DNA from: Adineta vaga
Lineage: Eukaryota; Animalia; Rotifera
Length of the DNA stretch: 64,000 nucleotides
Assembly: GCA_021613535.1 (NCBI GenBank)
Contig: CP075497.1
Location: 4,092,001 to 4,156,000, forward strand
Direction of reading: 5' to 3'
The notes below the pieces were generated by a model. That model worked only from the letters and a program-made list of their open reading frames with translations. It ran no database searches and was not told the DNA's origin. Positions 1 through 15,235 of this stretch are shown in pieces; position 1 is the first letter of the stretch, and the number at the start of each line of letters is the position of its first letter. The position numbers and the translations under genes are program-made.

Positions 1-92
1 AGTTTGGTTTAATTACAAAACAATTAGAAACAGATAAGTAAGTTTATGAAACGAAAAGATTATTTCTTTGAACGTTATTTGCTCTATTTTTA

Positions 93-1084
93 GAGAATTA
101 TTTGATACATTTTTGAATACTATGGAAATGACTGGTGCTGATTTTACGAATTCATTTCGAGCCTTGTCATTAATACATCTACCTAATACGAAAGATTTCG
201 ATCAATCCATTCGATTATTTATCTCAATGATATTAGATCAATGTTGTGATGCGGAAGAATGGAAGTTCGTTAATAAATCATCTATGGACGAAAGGTAATT
301 GTAAAATTAACGAAAAGAAAATTGAAACAATATCTTTTCTTTTATAATTAGAACATATGAATTACTTAAATCACTTGCTGGAACAAATCGAGCATTATTG
401 AGTCAATATGGATTTAGTCCTGAATTACTCGAAACTGAAAATATAAAAAGAGAAAAGGCCAAAGAATTAGATGTAGGTATTATAAACAGAGAGAAAACTG
501 TGCTATGATTTTATCTTTTTTATAGAAAATGACGAATGAATCAAAACGAAAAGATGATGAAAAAGCATGGCGTGAATTTTTAGAAATCTACATTGATCGA
601 TTAAAGAAAGAAGGGAATGATGATGTGGAAAAATTAAATACGGAAAGAATCAAAATTATGAAACAAAATAGTCCCCGGTATGTAATTAAAGCATAATTTT
701 GTTCCTTCTAATTGATAAATGCGTTATCTTCGAAGGATGGTCTTAAGAAATTATCTTGCTCAACGTGCAATTGAGCAAGCAGAAGACGATGATTATTCTG
801 AAGTAAATAATCTTTTTGAAGAACTGAAACATCCGTACGGAGGTGGTGATCGAGATACAATCCAACTATCAAAACCAGACGAAACAACAACTGGTGCAGA
901 AGCATTACCACCAACTGCTGACACAACAGAGAAACGTAAATATCTGTTCTTTTACACTCTCAATTAAAACTAGAAGAATTCTTCTATTTTTGCAGATGCA
1001 ACAGGTGCTTGTCTAAAACCGACAATCTATGAATCAAAAGCACCATCAAATGCTTGTCGTCTTCGTGTTACCTGCTCTTCATAA
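93..1084 (+). CDS. SELENOO: Selenoprotein O / protein adenylyltransferase SelO, 3' exons (5' part outside window); Cys-containing form
   Basis: Spliced translation has MEMTGADFTNSFRAL, NSPR|MVLRNYLAQRAIEQAE and C-terminus ESKAPSNACRLRVTCSS* (TAA 1082-1084), matching the SelO C-terminal ...VT(U/C)SS. Confidence 0.9.
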
Positions 1085-1641
1085 ATCCCAATGATAAACC
1101 AATCATTGGCAAATTTTATCTGAATATTCACAATATATATTGATTGTTAATGATAATTGAAATGTCCAGAATCCTATATCGATTACTGTTTCAATTTGAA
1201 TGTATCAATGTAAATGTGTTTGTTCATTGTAGATATTTATTCTCGCAGAAATTTTCCATTCTAATTTCTTTCAACCTATCCCAACAGACATAAACAAGCG
1301 AATTGAAAAATTTATGTAGTCATTGGAATTTGTTTCGTTTTATTTTTTGCTGATTTATATTTTATAAAGCAAAGGTTGTTTTTCATAAAATAAACTCATT
1401 TTGTACAATAAAAAAAATCGGCGATCAACATGCAATGAATAATAAAAAATATGTGCTAAGAAAAACCAAGAAAAGAAAAACAAAATTTGGAAATGGAATG
1501 AACGGATTTAAGTCGCACGAAAATAGTCTCAACAAGAGCAAGAAAATGATGAGAAACGATCAAAAATTGAACTATACAATTTCAAATACGAGAAACAAGA
1601 GAGAAAAATAAACACCATCACCGGTACAATGAACCGAGATT

Positions 1642-3784
1642 TTATGATGAAATCTTTATTGTTGGATTTGAATTTAGTTCTTGATTCGATACAATTTTAT
1701 CATCATCAGTTTCAGCAAGAAAATCAGCAAATGAAACAACATGGCCACTGTTACCAGCTATTCGACTTGGTGTTTTAGGTGAACTTGATAAAGCTTCAAA
1801 GCCATTGGCGACTTTTGGTATTGTTCGAATAACTTCACCTGTTACTGAACTCGTTCTTCTTGGTGCTATTTGTGATGTTTGAGTTGTATATGAACTACTA
1901 CGAGCACGTGAATATTGAGATGAGACTTGTTCATTACATGTATTGGATTTATTTGGACATAAATATCGACACAACCAACATCGTAAACCACAACAACAAA
2001 AACGTCGAAAGATAATTTGACGATATGCTCGTCGAATAGCACGATTTGAAAATGCATATACAAATGGATTTAACTAAAAGACAAAAAGAAATATATGAAA
2101 ATCATTTGTTTTCTTTTGAATCTATTTAACTTACAGCAGAATTACAATAACCAAGCCAGAATGTGATTTTAAACCATGTATTTCCTGTATTTTCATCTTT
2201 GATTATATGATGACTTTTCAGTATGGACATAACTGGTAATGTAACAAAGAATGGTAACCAACATATCAGTAATGCACTTAATATAAGACCAAGTGTACGA
2301 AATGCTTTTTTTTCACGTCTGAGATTATGTAATTTACGTCTAATGATTATTAATTCATCATTAGGTGACATTTGACCACTATGATGAGTATGAAAATGTG
2401 GAAGATGAGGTAAATGTGGTTGAGAATTACGATTGATTGTGGAAGAAATACGTTTACCAAGTGAACGACGAGCATTAACTATATGTTGAGCAGAGATGAA
2501 CCTGAATGAACGGTATCATCATCAAGAATATTATTCTAAAGAAAATCAAAGAAAATTCTTTAAAAGAAATCATGGTCAGAATGACATATTATTTTCTATA
2601 TTTTAGATATCACGAGTATCAATAATTAGAAAAGAAAACATGAAATTTAATCATACCTTAAGCTCTAAATAATCTTTTTTTGATTGTGTTTCATCTGATA
2701 AAATTAACGTTTGATCAAGACTACCATCTTCATCTGGAACAGTTCCATTATTTAAAAGTGTTGTTGTTGCTTCATGTCTATTCACATCTGGTATACTTGA
2801 ATAAGCTCGTTTAGTTCTTGGTGTTTGACTAGGTGAACGTTGATCAATATTTATATTTTCAGTTGTTAAACTATTTGTATTCGCTCGTTTTCGACGTACA
2901 TGTTCCGAGGCAATTTGATAATCAATTTGATAGAGACGACGTTTTTCTTTTTCTAATTTTTCACCTTGTTTTTTTGCTTCTTGATAAACACGAGAATAAA
3001 GTATGAGAAGAATAATAACCGGAATATAGAATGATATCATCGATGAAAAGATTGTATAAAATGTATTTTTATTCACTTTACATGTTTGATAATCTTGTTT
3101 TTCTGTCGAAGATTCACTCGATTGTTTTCCTCGATCAGTTAAACCAAATAAAGGTACAACAGATGTTAGAATTGATACAGCCCATACAACAATAATTAAA
3201 TAAATTGTTCGTCGAATATTCATTATACTACTATAATTTAATGGTCGTGTTACACCTAAATATCGATCAATTGAAACGGCCATTAAAGCCATAATTGATG
3301 CTGTACAACAAAGAACATCGAATGCTAACCATGCAGCACATAGACCTGCTCCAAATATCCAACGTTCGTTGAGTAATTCAAGAACAGATGAAAGTGGTAA
3401 GACAAATAGACCTAACGAGAAAGAAAACGAAGTTATATGATAAAATAGAAATAAGAATTGAACTTTACCAAGTAAAAGATCAGCAACAGCCATATTTGCA
3501 ATTAAATAGAAGGACGGTGAATGAAGACGTTTGTCAAGATAAAGCGCTAATAGTACCAATGTATTACCACCAACTGTAGCTAATATAAGTATAACAAATC
3601 CAAAACATGCTAATGGTGAGATTTCTGTAGTTTTCAAAGGAATACTATTAGTCGTAGCAAGAATTGTTTGTTCAACGTATGAAAATGAATTTGCTGTCGT
3701 TATCGATTCATTGTGCATTCGTGAAATATTATAAGTAACAATAATTTGAGGTAAGTTAGGTAAAATATCGTTCGGCATCGTCAC
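1642..3784 (-). CDS. Biogenic-amine class A GPCR (alpha-adrenergic/octopamine-receptor-like); one apparent 1-nt frameshift near 2512
   Basis: GNTLV, MAVADLL, TM3 WLAFDVLCCTASI, SIDRY, TM5 SSMISFYIP, REKKAFRTLG, CWLPFF, WLGYCNSA|LNPFVY and a Cys-rich tail; multi-exon. Confidence 0.9.
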
Positions 3785-6700
3785 ATCATTTGTATAATTA
3801 CGAAAGAAGAAAATCTCATTGTATCATGTTTATTGTATAGAAATGAAATATCATCTAGAAAGTAATCATTTCTATTTATTCAGGTAGAAAATAATCTAAA
3901 TACAAAAAAGGAGTTTATCACTTATTCTTTTACTTTCAGCAAAATTAATTTTCTTGAGTTCTTCGAATGCCAAAGAAAAAAAAAACATCACTCAGTTCTG
4001 GTGGTATAGACAACAATGATTAACATAACGAAAGCTTATGTTTCTATTTTAATTCATCTTCGTCTTGTGTTCTGTTTGTCATCAGTTTGATCGATGGATA
4101 AAAACAAATAGATGTTTCTCTACAACTGAATTAACTTCTTTTTCTCTTCTTACTTATCAAATGAATTTATATTTAGGAAAAAAAAATAAAAATTCTCCCG
4201 ACTATTCGAGTCTGTATTAGAAGAGATGAATTCTTTTTTTTCTTGTAGAAATCAAATAGGCACATCTTTAATGAGAGAAACCTCTCTTGAGACGTGACGA
4301 AGCGAATCGAAAGGAAGCCGGGAAAATAATCAAATGACACTTCTGTCACCCTCGTTGATGGCAATTTAGGGAGGTCTACTATCGTTGTTTAAACAATTTT
4401 TCTTTTTTCTCTTTTCTCCTCACTCACTTTTAGATCTCTTTGTCGGCAATCATTTGCTTGAATAACTGATTACAGTTAAAAAGAAAAGAAACTATAAACA
4501 TATTTTTCTTATTTCACAGCTAATAAATCGAAATAACCCAAAGGTTTTAAATAAAAATCCTTTTTTTCTTCATCATATTTCATTAAGATGGAATATCTAC
4601 CGAGAATGAGTCTAACTCAACAATAACATACTATTCAAACCGAATTAACAATGTTTGTTTTCATTTCTTTTTCCGATGAATGATGATGTATCCCTCGAAT
4701 TCTTTCACAAGGATCAGACGAGAAACAAAATGATCTTTTACTAATTCTATCTAAGGACTCAAGGTGAATTATACATTCTCTGGAGAACATGGGCAATCGA
4801 AGACGAAGAAATAAAATGGAAATAGGAATCGTAATAGTTGAGGTGAAACAAAAAAAAAGAAAAAGATAAGTTATATGATTGACATTAACAACAAGTAAAA
4901 GAAAAGTGAGTGTGAAAAAAAAGAACATACAATGCAAAAAGAAAACAAATGTCGTATGGGCAAAAGAAGAAGAAGAAGAAGAGAAAGAGAGTAAGAATCA
5001 ATTGAATCAATCGATGGTGATAGACATAAATGTATCAGATCATAAAACGATAAAACTATGCATGGCAACAACGAGCCCTTTACTAGTATTCGTTTACCTT
5101 TCATGAGCAACGAGACTATTCTTTTCCAAAATGAAGAAGAAAAACAACAGAGATGAAAATTGTCGATCGACAATCTTGTAGTACATTGCTTTATAAACAT
5201 ATGTGTGCCGACATATGAGAAAAGTGATACTATGTAATAGTGCCCTTCATCCATCTGTTGGTTTCTTTTTTTCTAAATCGTCACATCATTTAAATTAGTC
5301 TCGAATAGTCAGCTCAAATTCCATGAAATTCACTTGTATTTATTACCAAAATGAAAATAAATATTGATATTAGTTTTTTTTATCATTATGAAATAAAAAA
5401 GATATTTTTAGTTTATTTCATACAATGACAAAATGATTTAATCAATTACTTCTACAATGGAATAGCACGAAGGAAAAAAAACAATTACTTGATTCTATTA
5501 TCAACTTATACTATTACACAAGACAAGAAAACAATAAATTTCCCTTTTTCGTCTTATCACATCCATTGACAAGTTGAAAATTCTCTTTCTCATAATCAAA
5601 TAGACAGATATTCATTAAATTTACCTGTACTTATCCATATCATTGCCGATTTCTTCCTTAACAAAAATAAATGAACTCACCGATCTAAACATTTGAGCAT
5701 ATTACACATACACATGTGACTATTTTCATCGATATAAAGAAAACAATAAAGAAAAGAATCACTTACGGCCATATTAGTAGATCAGTCATACGAAGCTTAG
5801 ATATATAATGATATTGTCGTTCTTTTTGTTTGCGTAGTAGACGCGTGGTGGACAAGCTCGTTCGTTGTTTTCCAGATGATACAATAGAATTTACAGACAA
5901 ATGATATACATATGCATATCTCATTAAAGCTATTAATATAGAATAATCATCCGAAGAACATTACTTTTACTAATCAAAATGATTTTCCACTTTCGATGAG
6001 AAAATAAAATAATCTTTACTAAGTTTATATATGTATATATACATATATGTAAATAAGATAAAGAAATAACGTTATAAATTTGTATTTTTAATGGGTAATA
6101 AGACTATCGAGATATTGTCTTTCGATTCTTTTCTCCATCCACCCACAAAACAACAAACAATCAACAAACTGACCTTTCACCATTTCATTCTCATGTTATA
6201 TATATATATGGTAATAATATATTTATGTACTTATCAAAAAGAGAAGCAAAGAATATATTCTACTTTAGTACTTCGTTATTAAAATAACTATATATAGAAG
6301 ACTAGATTACCTTGATCCAAGATTTGTACGTAATCGAGAAAATATTACATAAAATTACCAATTAAATAACGATTGTTTTATTGTTCGAACGTGTTCGAAT
6401 TTAGTTAACTATCAAATCAATGGTATGTGTATTGATTGAAAAAGAAACCGTAAAATCAAGCGCTAAGATATAATATGTATAATAAGTCTCCTAAGAGCAA
6501 TAGAAATAACGATCGAAGACATACTGACACATTTTTCTTCTTATCACATATAATGATAAAGAGAGAAAATGTTTCATGCATGTACATGCTTTAAATAAGT
6601 ACGTCCTTTTGTATAGAACTAAAAATAACTGTTCTTTTCTATACTCGAATGTTGATTGAAATAAATCGAAACGTGTTATATCTTCACATGAAGAAGAGAA

Positions 6701-7550
6701 GAAAACAGATTTGTTTTTTTTTCTTCTATGTGTAAAATTAAAACTAATTGTTTAAGGTTGAGTAACGACATGTATATTAGTTTTTCTTATTTATAAAATA
6801 CAAGAATGCAAACGATGACTGAGATGATTATATTACCATTTCCATAAAATTCATTTATTTACAAACTCATCAAAATTCTCGAATGACAAAGAAAAGAATC
6901 TATTTCCTATTGAAAACATAACTTTTGTTCAGCTGATCTCAATTATTAACTAGAATTCCTATTAATTATAGTCGATGTCAAGTGTATGTCTATGCCTTGA
7001 TGATAAGTGCGATAAGAAACATCTGACATAATGGATATTGAATAGAGATGGAAAAGATTCTTAAATGGTTTCTTCCCTGATATTAATGAATCTTCCTTTG
7101 AGATTATTTTGAAAAGTAAACGATGTATTCCAGTGCAAAATAAGTTATTATTAACTATGAAATTATTCACATTCCTAAATCGATCATGTTATGTATGAAG
7201 AAAAAATGTTATTTTTTAGTATTTTATGAAACAGTAATGTGCAATTTGACTTGGTAGAAAAATATGTTCGTCAATCGAATTCATGGTTTTCAAGTAAAAG
7301 ATTAATATACTTTCTAACCTTTGAAGAAAGCATATTGTAAAATCAAATGTTATTACTGAAGTTTATTTTGCGTATAAATGATTGATAATTGCTTTTGATC
7401 GTTTGTTTGTAAATACAATAAGACTTAACAAACCAATATAAACACATATGTCTTTTCTCAAGTTCTTTGCAAAATTTCGAATAGATATTCATCATTATCA
7501 TCGTAGTTTTGATAAGTACTTATCCAAAATAAGTCATGTCCATATATCCG

Positions 7551-8720
7551 TTATTGTCGTGCAAATAATTCCATACTATTACTTATTTGTATAGGATGAA
7601 TTTGAGGTCGTTTAAAAATCTTTTGAATAAGAATTAATAATTCTTTTCTGTAGAGATCAGCCGTTAACATATACACATAGCAATCAATCTAAGACGAAAA
7701 CAAATAAGATGATTAATTGAATGATGTCAACATATTTTTCTCTTGACAAAGGAAAGAAAAATCTAGTCACAAGAATTATTTTCTGCTAAACTATAATTGA
7801 TAAGAATACTTGTGAATAGAACTAATTACAGAGAAATCTTTTCTTACCGCTTGACTGATGTTCAATGTTATAACAGTCACATCTTGAATAAAAAGAAAGT
7901 TTGAATTAATTGAAAACTTTGGTTGAATAGCAGCAATTATCGATAGAATATGAAACGGCATTGCAAGACAAGCATAAAAAGTCACATGTACCAGTAATAT
8001 TAATAACAATTGTCCATCACTTCGTTGACGTTTTCGATCGATTCGATTTGCTCCAACTGTCATCGGTTGAATTCTTTTTCTTTGAACTCGAACATTATAA
8101 GTCGTACCTAATCCAGAGATAAGAATTAAAATAAGTGCAATGAAATAATAGACTGCAACAAATAAAGAATAAAATTGTAAATAGAATCCGGCCAATGGTC
8201 GACACGAAGAATCAATGATCGTATAATTCAATGGTGTATGAATAAAAACAAGACATGTCGTTAAAACGATAATAAATATGACTAAATATGCAAGTCGAGG
8301 ACGTGCACTTAGACGACGTACTTTTGCATTTAATGAACTTGAACAATATCGATCGATAGAAACACACGCTATGAAATACGGAGCTAACTCATAGATAATA
8401 TTGATCATGTAAGCTCGAAAACGACAGAAAAACGGAGAAAATTGTGTGGCATCTAAATTTTGAAAACTACGAGCTAACCATCGACTTGTAGTGCCAAATA
8501 ATAATAGTAGAAGACCATTAATAGCTCCAGCAATAAAATAGATTGAACAAGAACGATACAATGATGGTCGTGTAAATATATAAAGATTTGCAATGTTACC
8601 AATGACACCAAAGACAATAACCACAGGTAATAGGCATACATGCAGAAAATAAACAACAGTTTTCAATGTTGGATCACCGATTAATATAGACGAACTATTA
8701 AATAAATCATTTTCCGACAT
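7551..8720 (-). CDS. Rhodopsin-like orphan/chemoreceptor-type GPCR (2 exons; intron ~7689-7847)
   Basis: 7 hydrophobic segments, GVIGNIAN, CRFRAY, SIDRYCSSS; exon 2 IDCYVYMLTADLYRKEL ends at TAA 7553-7551. Confidence 0.8.
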
Positions 8721-9626
8721 GGTGTATCTTTAAATGATAGTAGAAGATGATATTACTTTAACGTCATATATGGAAATGTTTTATCTGGAAAAATAAGGAT
8801 GAATGACGTTTGTTAATTGAATATTATGATGAAATTTTCTGATCTTCTGCTTCGTTAGTGATTCTCAAAAGAGAAAATGTTTTCAAAGAATAGCTTCTAT
8901 TAAACACGACTGATTCATTGATATCAGTAGTAAAATCTCTTGTCTATAGAAGATGTTTTAATAACGATGCTATTCTTCTTTCTTAATTTAATAAACTAAC
9001 TATATATTTCGTATGACATTGAATTTTTGTATTGAACGTTATAGATAAAGAAAAATAGATTGAATGAGACGTTCTTTGTATGTCATGCAAATATTATAAT
9101 ACTTGAATAAAATTATTTATTTCTATGAATTATAGTGTAGATATTATTATTAATGAAATTCAATTAAGAGATCATAGAGTAAACGTAAAGTAGATATTTT
9201 CTTGGTGAACTGTAAAGAAAATCTGGAACAATGTGATCTTTTAATTTTGAAATATGACTACCGCGATCATCAAAATCACTTGATATTAATTAACAGGATA
9301 CAGATAGTTTTTATTACTTAAAATATCATGTAAACTTTCTTTGTATGAGTTAATCGCATAATTGGAATAGGAAACACATCTGTGTGATTCTTTAACTTTC
9401 TCTCTGCATAACTTATCATTTCATATGTCATGAATATGAAGAAAAGCTTTGAACAAAGTTCCTTTTTATGATCTCAATATTCTTCAGAACTCTAAGTAGG
9501 AAGTAAGAAGGTTCAATCTAACATTTTTCGATCATTATACTTTGTAAATGCCAAAAGAAAAAGACTTTTTAATTCATTGATAAAATTCGTTTTTATTTCA
9601 AAATACATTATAAAATCTAATTAAAT

Positions 9627-12600
9627 TCATGTTGATGAAGTCGTTTCATTGATAAAACTTCTCGATGCTGTAAAATCTTTACTATCATCAGATAATGAAA
9701 CATTAGTTGTTCTATAAAAAACATGAAACAATCGATGAATAATCAATAAAAATGTGTGAATAACGTACTCATAAAGAATAGTTCCCAAGGATTTTATTTG
9801 AGAATATTTAAATAATTTCATTTGTTCATCAATTACTTGTTTTCTTGTTCGATTTTCTAAAAAGGATAAAAAAATCGTTTTGCATTTGAAACATTTGTCA
9901 TTATCTTACTATATTCTTCTTCACTTTTTTTATTTAAATTGATTTCTTTTTGAATCTTTTCATCGAAAGACTCTTTTTGTTCTTCGAGAAATTGTAAAAA
10001 ATACAAAAATGATGATATATCTATCAATAATCAATACATAGCAATCAATAAGAAAGAACATACACTTCTTACGTGCTAATTTTGTCATTAAAACGGAATT
10101 TTTGATATTATTCCAATGTGAATGACGTTCAGCTCGATTAAAAATTCTCGACACAAGACGTTCATCAGTTGTATATGCAATGTTTTCAATTGCTGTTTGA
10201 AATTCTACTATATTCATCCGATCAAAGCTTTCAGAAATTTGTACTGAAAGTTTATATTGCATCTAGAAAATACTTATCCAACTTCTAAAACATCACAGAT
10301 TCCATTGCATGTTATTTACTTCTAGAAATAATGGTTCATTTCCTTTTAATAACATGGATATGATATATTCAATAATAAGAAATCGACTGATTGTATTTTC
10401 TGTAAATGATATAAAATCAATGACAACGGTATCTAAACCATCTTCCTAAGAAAAATATTCTGAATTGATAGAAAAGCAAAACCGGTTGTTTGAGAAGAAC
10501 TTACATCAAGAAATGGATAAATATTTGTAAAGAATATTCGCACATCATCAGTTTCATTCCAATCGAGTTTTTCAAGAATATCACCAAGAAGAGCAATATA
10601 ATAAATACAAGTAACATCAATATTTCCAATAAGAATATGCACAAATAATTCCAAAATCTAAAACAACAATAAAAATTGAATTGACGTGAAATTAAATGAC
10701 AAACTTTAAAATTATATTGACATGTGACTAATGAAGTAAAAAAATCATGTACAGCAGCGTAAGGTATTTGATCAATATCGGTGTATCGTTTGGTAAAAAC
10801 TTCATAGATATCATCCTAAACAAGTATCAGCAATGAAACAAAAAGATGAATCAAATAATTGGACATACCACAATAGTTCCTGTTACATTTATCAAAAGTG
10901 TATCACAATAGCATTCATAAGCAAGAATTTCTTTAATCATGGTGAATAAACGTTCCTGTGGAAAAAAGAAGAAATGAAAAGAAAACAAAAGCTAGAATTG
11001 ATCACTTACGATTGAATATGGTCGGGGAATAGGACGTATGATATTAGTACGTTTTTTGTAATCATCCCAAACTTGATCAAAGGTATGAATCTAAAATGAA
11101 TAAAAATGTCGCCTTTCTTTTGTTCAGAGAAATATGGAATTCAACGTACGAGAAGTTCAGTTTTTGATTTACTATCAGGTACAATTTCTTGTTGGCGAGA
11201 TGTCCCATCCGCATTGAAACGTCCAGGATAATTAGTTCGTAAAATACTGGCGTTATTTTGTTGATAAATTGGTGGAAGCATTTGAGTAATTAATTTTTGA
11301 TTCTCATTCATCACTTTACTGAAATAGAAGTTAGAACAGATCTCAAAGTGATTCCATTCGTGAAATATATGCTTACCGAATGAGTGATTCTTTGTATTTA
11401 AGTGGTGGTCGAGAAATTCGAATATATTTCGTATTATTCGGTACTCGAATAGTTGTGTGATCTTCGGGAAATTTATGTGGACATATATATGTCTAGAAGA
11501 AACAAAATAGAACATTGGAACAGATTTTAAAAAGTCATTTGGTAATAGATACATTTTCAGCACAACTATCACAATAAGATACTTCATTGAAATCTGTCCA
11601 TGCTAATCCATTGGTTGATGAAGCAATAACACAAGAAAAACGCGAAAGAACACGTTCTTGTGGACCATATTCAATGTGATCAGTTTTACGACCAGCAGCT
11701 TCAAAGGCTCGTTCAAGACCACGCAATGGATTTGATGATTTTTCTAAATATAATGAAATTGTGAGAATATTGAAAGATACATATTCAAACATTTCACCTT
11801 TCTTTTGTGATGTTTCATTTGCTGCAAATCAGCAATTGCTCTACGATTTCTACGAAAAAAAAATATCATTACTGAATTCGATATTTAAGATATTTTCATT
11901 AAACCATAATTTACCTAACTTCTTCATTGCTTTTAACGACAACCATTTCTAATTTTTCTTCTAAAGTACGTCTATGATGTTGCATCATATTTAATTCTTC
12001 TCGAATTTCTTTAATTGCTCCTATATATCGAATTTGTTCTGTATCAATCTAAATAAATTAAAATATAAATCTCACTATTCCTTTAATAGAATGAAATTTT
12101 TCTGTTACATTATCTTTAATAAATTGAGCTTCAGATAAATCATCTTCGGTTTTCAGTAATTTCTTATGTTCATTATCAACTATTTGATCATATTCTAGTA
12201 GAAAAATATTCTTATAGAATTCAAACATCAAATTCAATGTTTTCTTTTTACCTTCAGTTGATATATTCAATAATGTTAACATTTGTTCTTCTAATCGAAT
12301 AGCAACTTGAATGTCTAACATTAATTGATTCTATAAGAAATCACATTCGATTCTAAAGCAATTCTATCTCTTTAAATAATTCTTAATAGATACCTTCACT
12401 TGAATATAAGGTTCTTCTTGATTTTCTGAATCTTTGCTTTTAGCTGGTCGTTGATTTGGACCATCCATAAATGCTAGGTGAGATAAAAAAAAATATATTA
12501 ATACAAAAATAAACGAGATAATTATCATACCTTCTTGCATATCATCATAACCTTGTTTATATTTTGATAATTCTGCTATTAATGCTTCTGTAGCTGCTTG

Positions 12601-13470
12601 ATTATCCTAGAATATACAAAAACAAATTATTTTCAATTAAAAGAAACTAATTTACTTACAATAATATCTTTGATATTCAAACGTGCATTAAAAATTTCTT
12701 GTTCACAATTATAACGTATTCGATCAGAATCTTCTTTTAAACTAAACAAATTCCTCTATCTTTTCTTCTCATTGATTTAGTTTTTTTTTCTATACATACT
12801 TTTCAATGGTTTGATCTCTTTCATTCAATGTAGCTTTCGTTGCCGATAATTCATTCAATAATTTCTGTCGAGAACTTTCCATTTGTTCCATTTTTTCAAA
12901 TGTTTGATTTAAATCACGATTTTTTGCTGCTAAACTAGAAAATTAAATCGAAATATTTTACTCTTCTAACTTTTCTTTTTCGACTTACTTTGCTTCCATA
13001 TCAGATAATCGACTATCATACATATTCGCTTGATCTTGATTTTCATCGAGAAGTCGTTGACAAAGAACTTTATAGGATAACCGTTCTACACAAGCAATAC
13101 GTTTACGTTTTTTTGTTAATTTATGAATTTGTTCAACAGTATATTGATTACTATAGGTGAAATCTATTCAATAAATCAATGAGTTAATTTCAAAAGAAAG
13201 AAAATAATTTCATTCATACCAAAAAACTCATTACGAAGTTTCGTTGCAAGAGGAGTGAAAACACCTAATTGTGGAATGATTTGATCAAATGCATTGAATA
13301 CAAGTACCATACGTTCATCATCATGTCCATTTTGATCAATTTCATTCATGGCAACATCCAAAGCCAGTGCTAAAAATGAACATATACTTCTTTTTTATGC
13401 ATAAAAAAACATCAAATATACTTGGTGATACTTGATCAAATTGCTCAGTCAAAGAATTTGTTGTTGTCAT
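9627..13470 (-). CDS. Multi-exon coiled-coil protein, TSNAXIP1-like (probable ciliary protein)
   Basis: N-terminal DERMVLVFNAFDQIIPQLGVFTPLATKLRNEFF, long coiled coil and EF-hand-like C-terminal region; many short GT-AG introns. Family recalled from memory, boundaries approximate. Confidence 0.55.
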
Positions 13471-13835
13471 TATCCTTAATTTAAATTAGACGAAAAAAAG
13501 TAATAAGATTTGTATTCTAGCAATTCAATTGCTTATAATCGCCATTTTTAGTAACGATGCCATAGGTCGACCTCTATAAAGGTTATAATGACATCGATAT
13601 AGAAAGAAAAACAACAAAAGTAAATTTATTTCAATCTTAATTTGTTTTTTCTTGTTTATTAGAAATATTTTTTTCTAGTTTTTTATTTAATAGTAGAAAC
13701 TCGATATATATATATCGATTCATTGATATGGTGGGAGTGGCCATGTTGATCAGACTTCTTACATGTTGTTCGATTATTTATTTTTCTCGTCATAACACAC
13801 GTTAACAAACTTTTCTTCTATATATTCAGATAGAA

Positions 13836-14739
13836 ATGTCTGCTAATATTGCTCGTCGATTAGTTATTTTGGGTGCTCCTGGTTCTGGCAAAGGTACAAT
13901 TGCTAGTCGAATTGTCAAAACCTATGGCATGCCACATATTGTCGTTGGAGATTTACTCCGTTCACATATTCAACGAAAGACCGGTAAGATGTTTTTTCTA
14001 GGACTTATTTTTCATAATAATCGTTTCTGTTTTGTTTATTTTTTAATATAGAGGAAAGCAAAACCATCAAAGAACATATTGATAAAGGTCTTCTTTTACC
14101 AGATGATCTTGTCCTAAAATTTGTTGCTGGTGAATTGAAAAAAATTCGCGAGAAAGGATTTTTACTTGATGGTAATAGAAATCATTCAATGTCTCATTCT
14201 ATTTTTGATTCGATTGATTTTCTCTAGGTTATCCTCGAACATTAAATCAAGCAAAATTATTAGACAAAGAAATGAAAGTTGATCATGTTGTTGCACTTAA
14301 TGTACCAGCTGATGAAATCGTCAATCGTTTAAAAGATCGATGGGTTCATGCATCAAGTGGTCGTGTTTATAATCTTCTTTGGAATCCACCTAAAGTTGCT
14401 GTACGTTAAAAAATAGAAAAAGGAATTCATTAAATACAATTTTCTCTTTCAGGGTAAAGATGATGAAACAGGCGAAGCGTTATCACAACGGGATGATGAT
14501 AAACCTGAAGTTATCCGTAGTCGATTAGATACTTATGACAAAAATACTAACCCAATTGCTGAATTTTATAAGTAAAGTTTCAAAATAGAACTTTTGATTT
14601 AATGGATTATTTTTCTATTTGTAGGAAGAAGGGTATTCTTCAAGAATTTCATGGACGTGAAAGTGATAAAATTTGGCCAGAAGTTAAAAAATATCTCGAT
14701 CGTGTGCTTAAAGAACCAGTACGAAAACAAGCTGCCTAA
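13836..14739 (+). CDS. AK3: GTP:AMP phosphotransferase, mitochondrial adenylate kinase 3
   Basis: P-loop GAPGSGKGT, GFLLDG|YPRT, LID RWVHASSGRVYNLLWNPPK, QRDDDKPE; 5 exons; stop at 14737-14739. Confidence 0.92.
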
Positions 14740-15235
14740 GATAATTTATTAGACGAACTTATGCCCGCCACATATCTCTTTTCGTAGTGACTTTAAACAT
14801 TATTGCGAACTCTATGAACCTATTTTGTTCGCATAGTCTTAGTCGTTATATTTTAAAGTTGAAACGCGTGTTTTTCTTCTTTTTCCTTTTATAAAAAAAA
14901 ATACATATCCTCACAATGGTTCTACATTAAAACAGCAGAAACTAGTTTGTTGAAATAAGAAAAAAAGAAGTATTGAAGAACAAATTTTATCAGTGGTATT
15001 CAGTTCTTCTGTCAAGGACAAATATTCAAATGAATATTATAAATTATCTATCTTTACATTCTTTCTTTTGTGTTTTGAGAACAAGGGAATCAAATATCTA
15101 TCAAGATAACATATTGTTCATCTCTTTACCACATAACTACACGTATATGTATATATATATATATGATAATGGTAATCGTTTGCTTTTATAATTTACAAAA
15201 CAAGTACTAATAGAATACATTGTATACGATTTCAA

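Noticed and set aside
3900-7500. Short ORFs upstream of the aminergic GPCR
   Set aside because: Low-complexity Phe/Leu/Lys-rich translations without coherent exon structure; probably 5'UTR introns and regulatory DNA.
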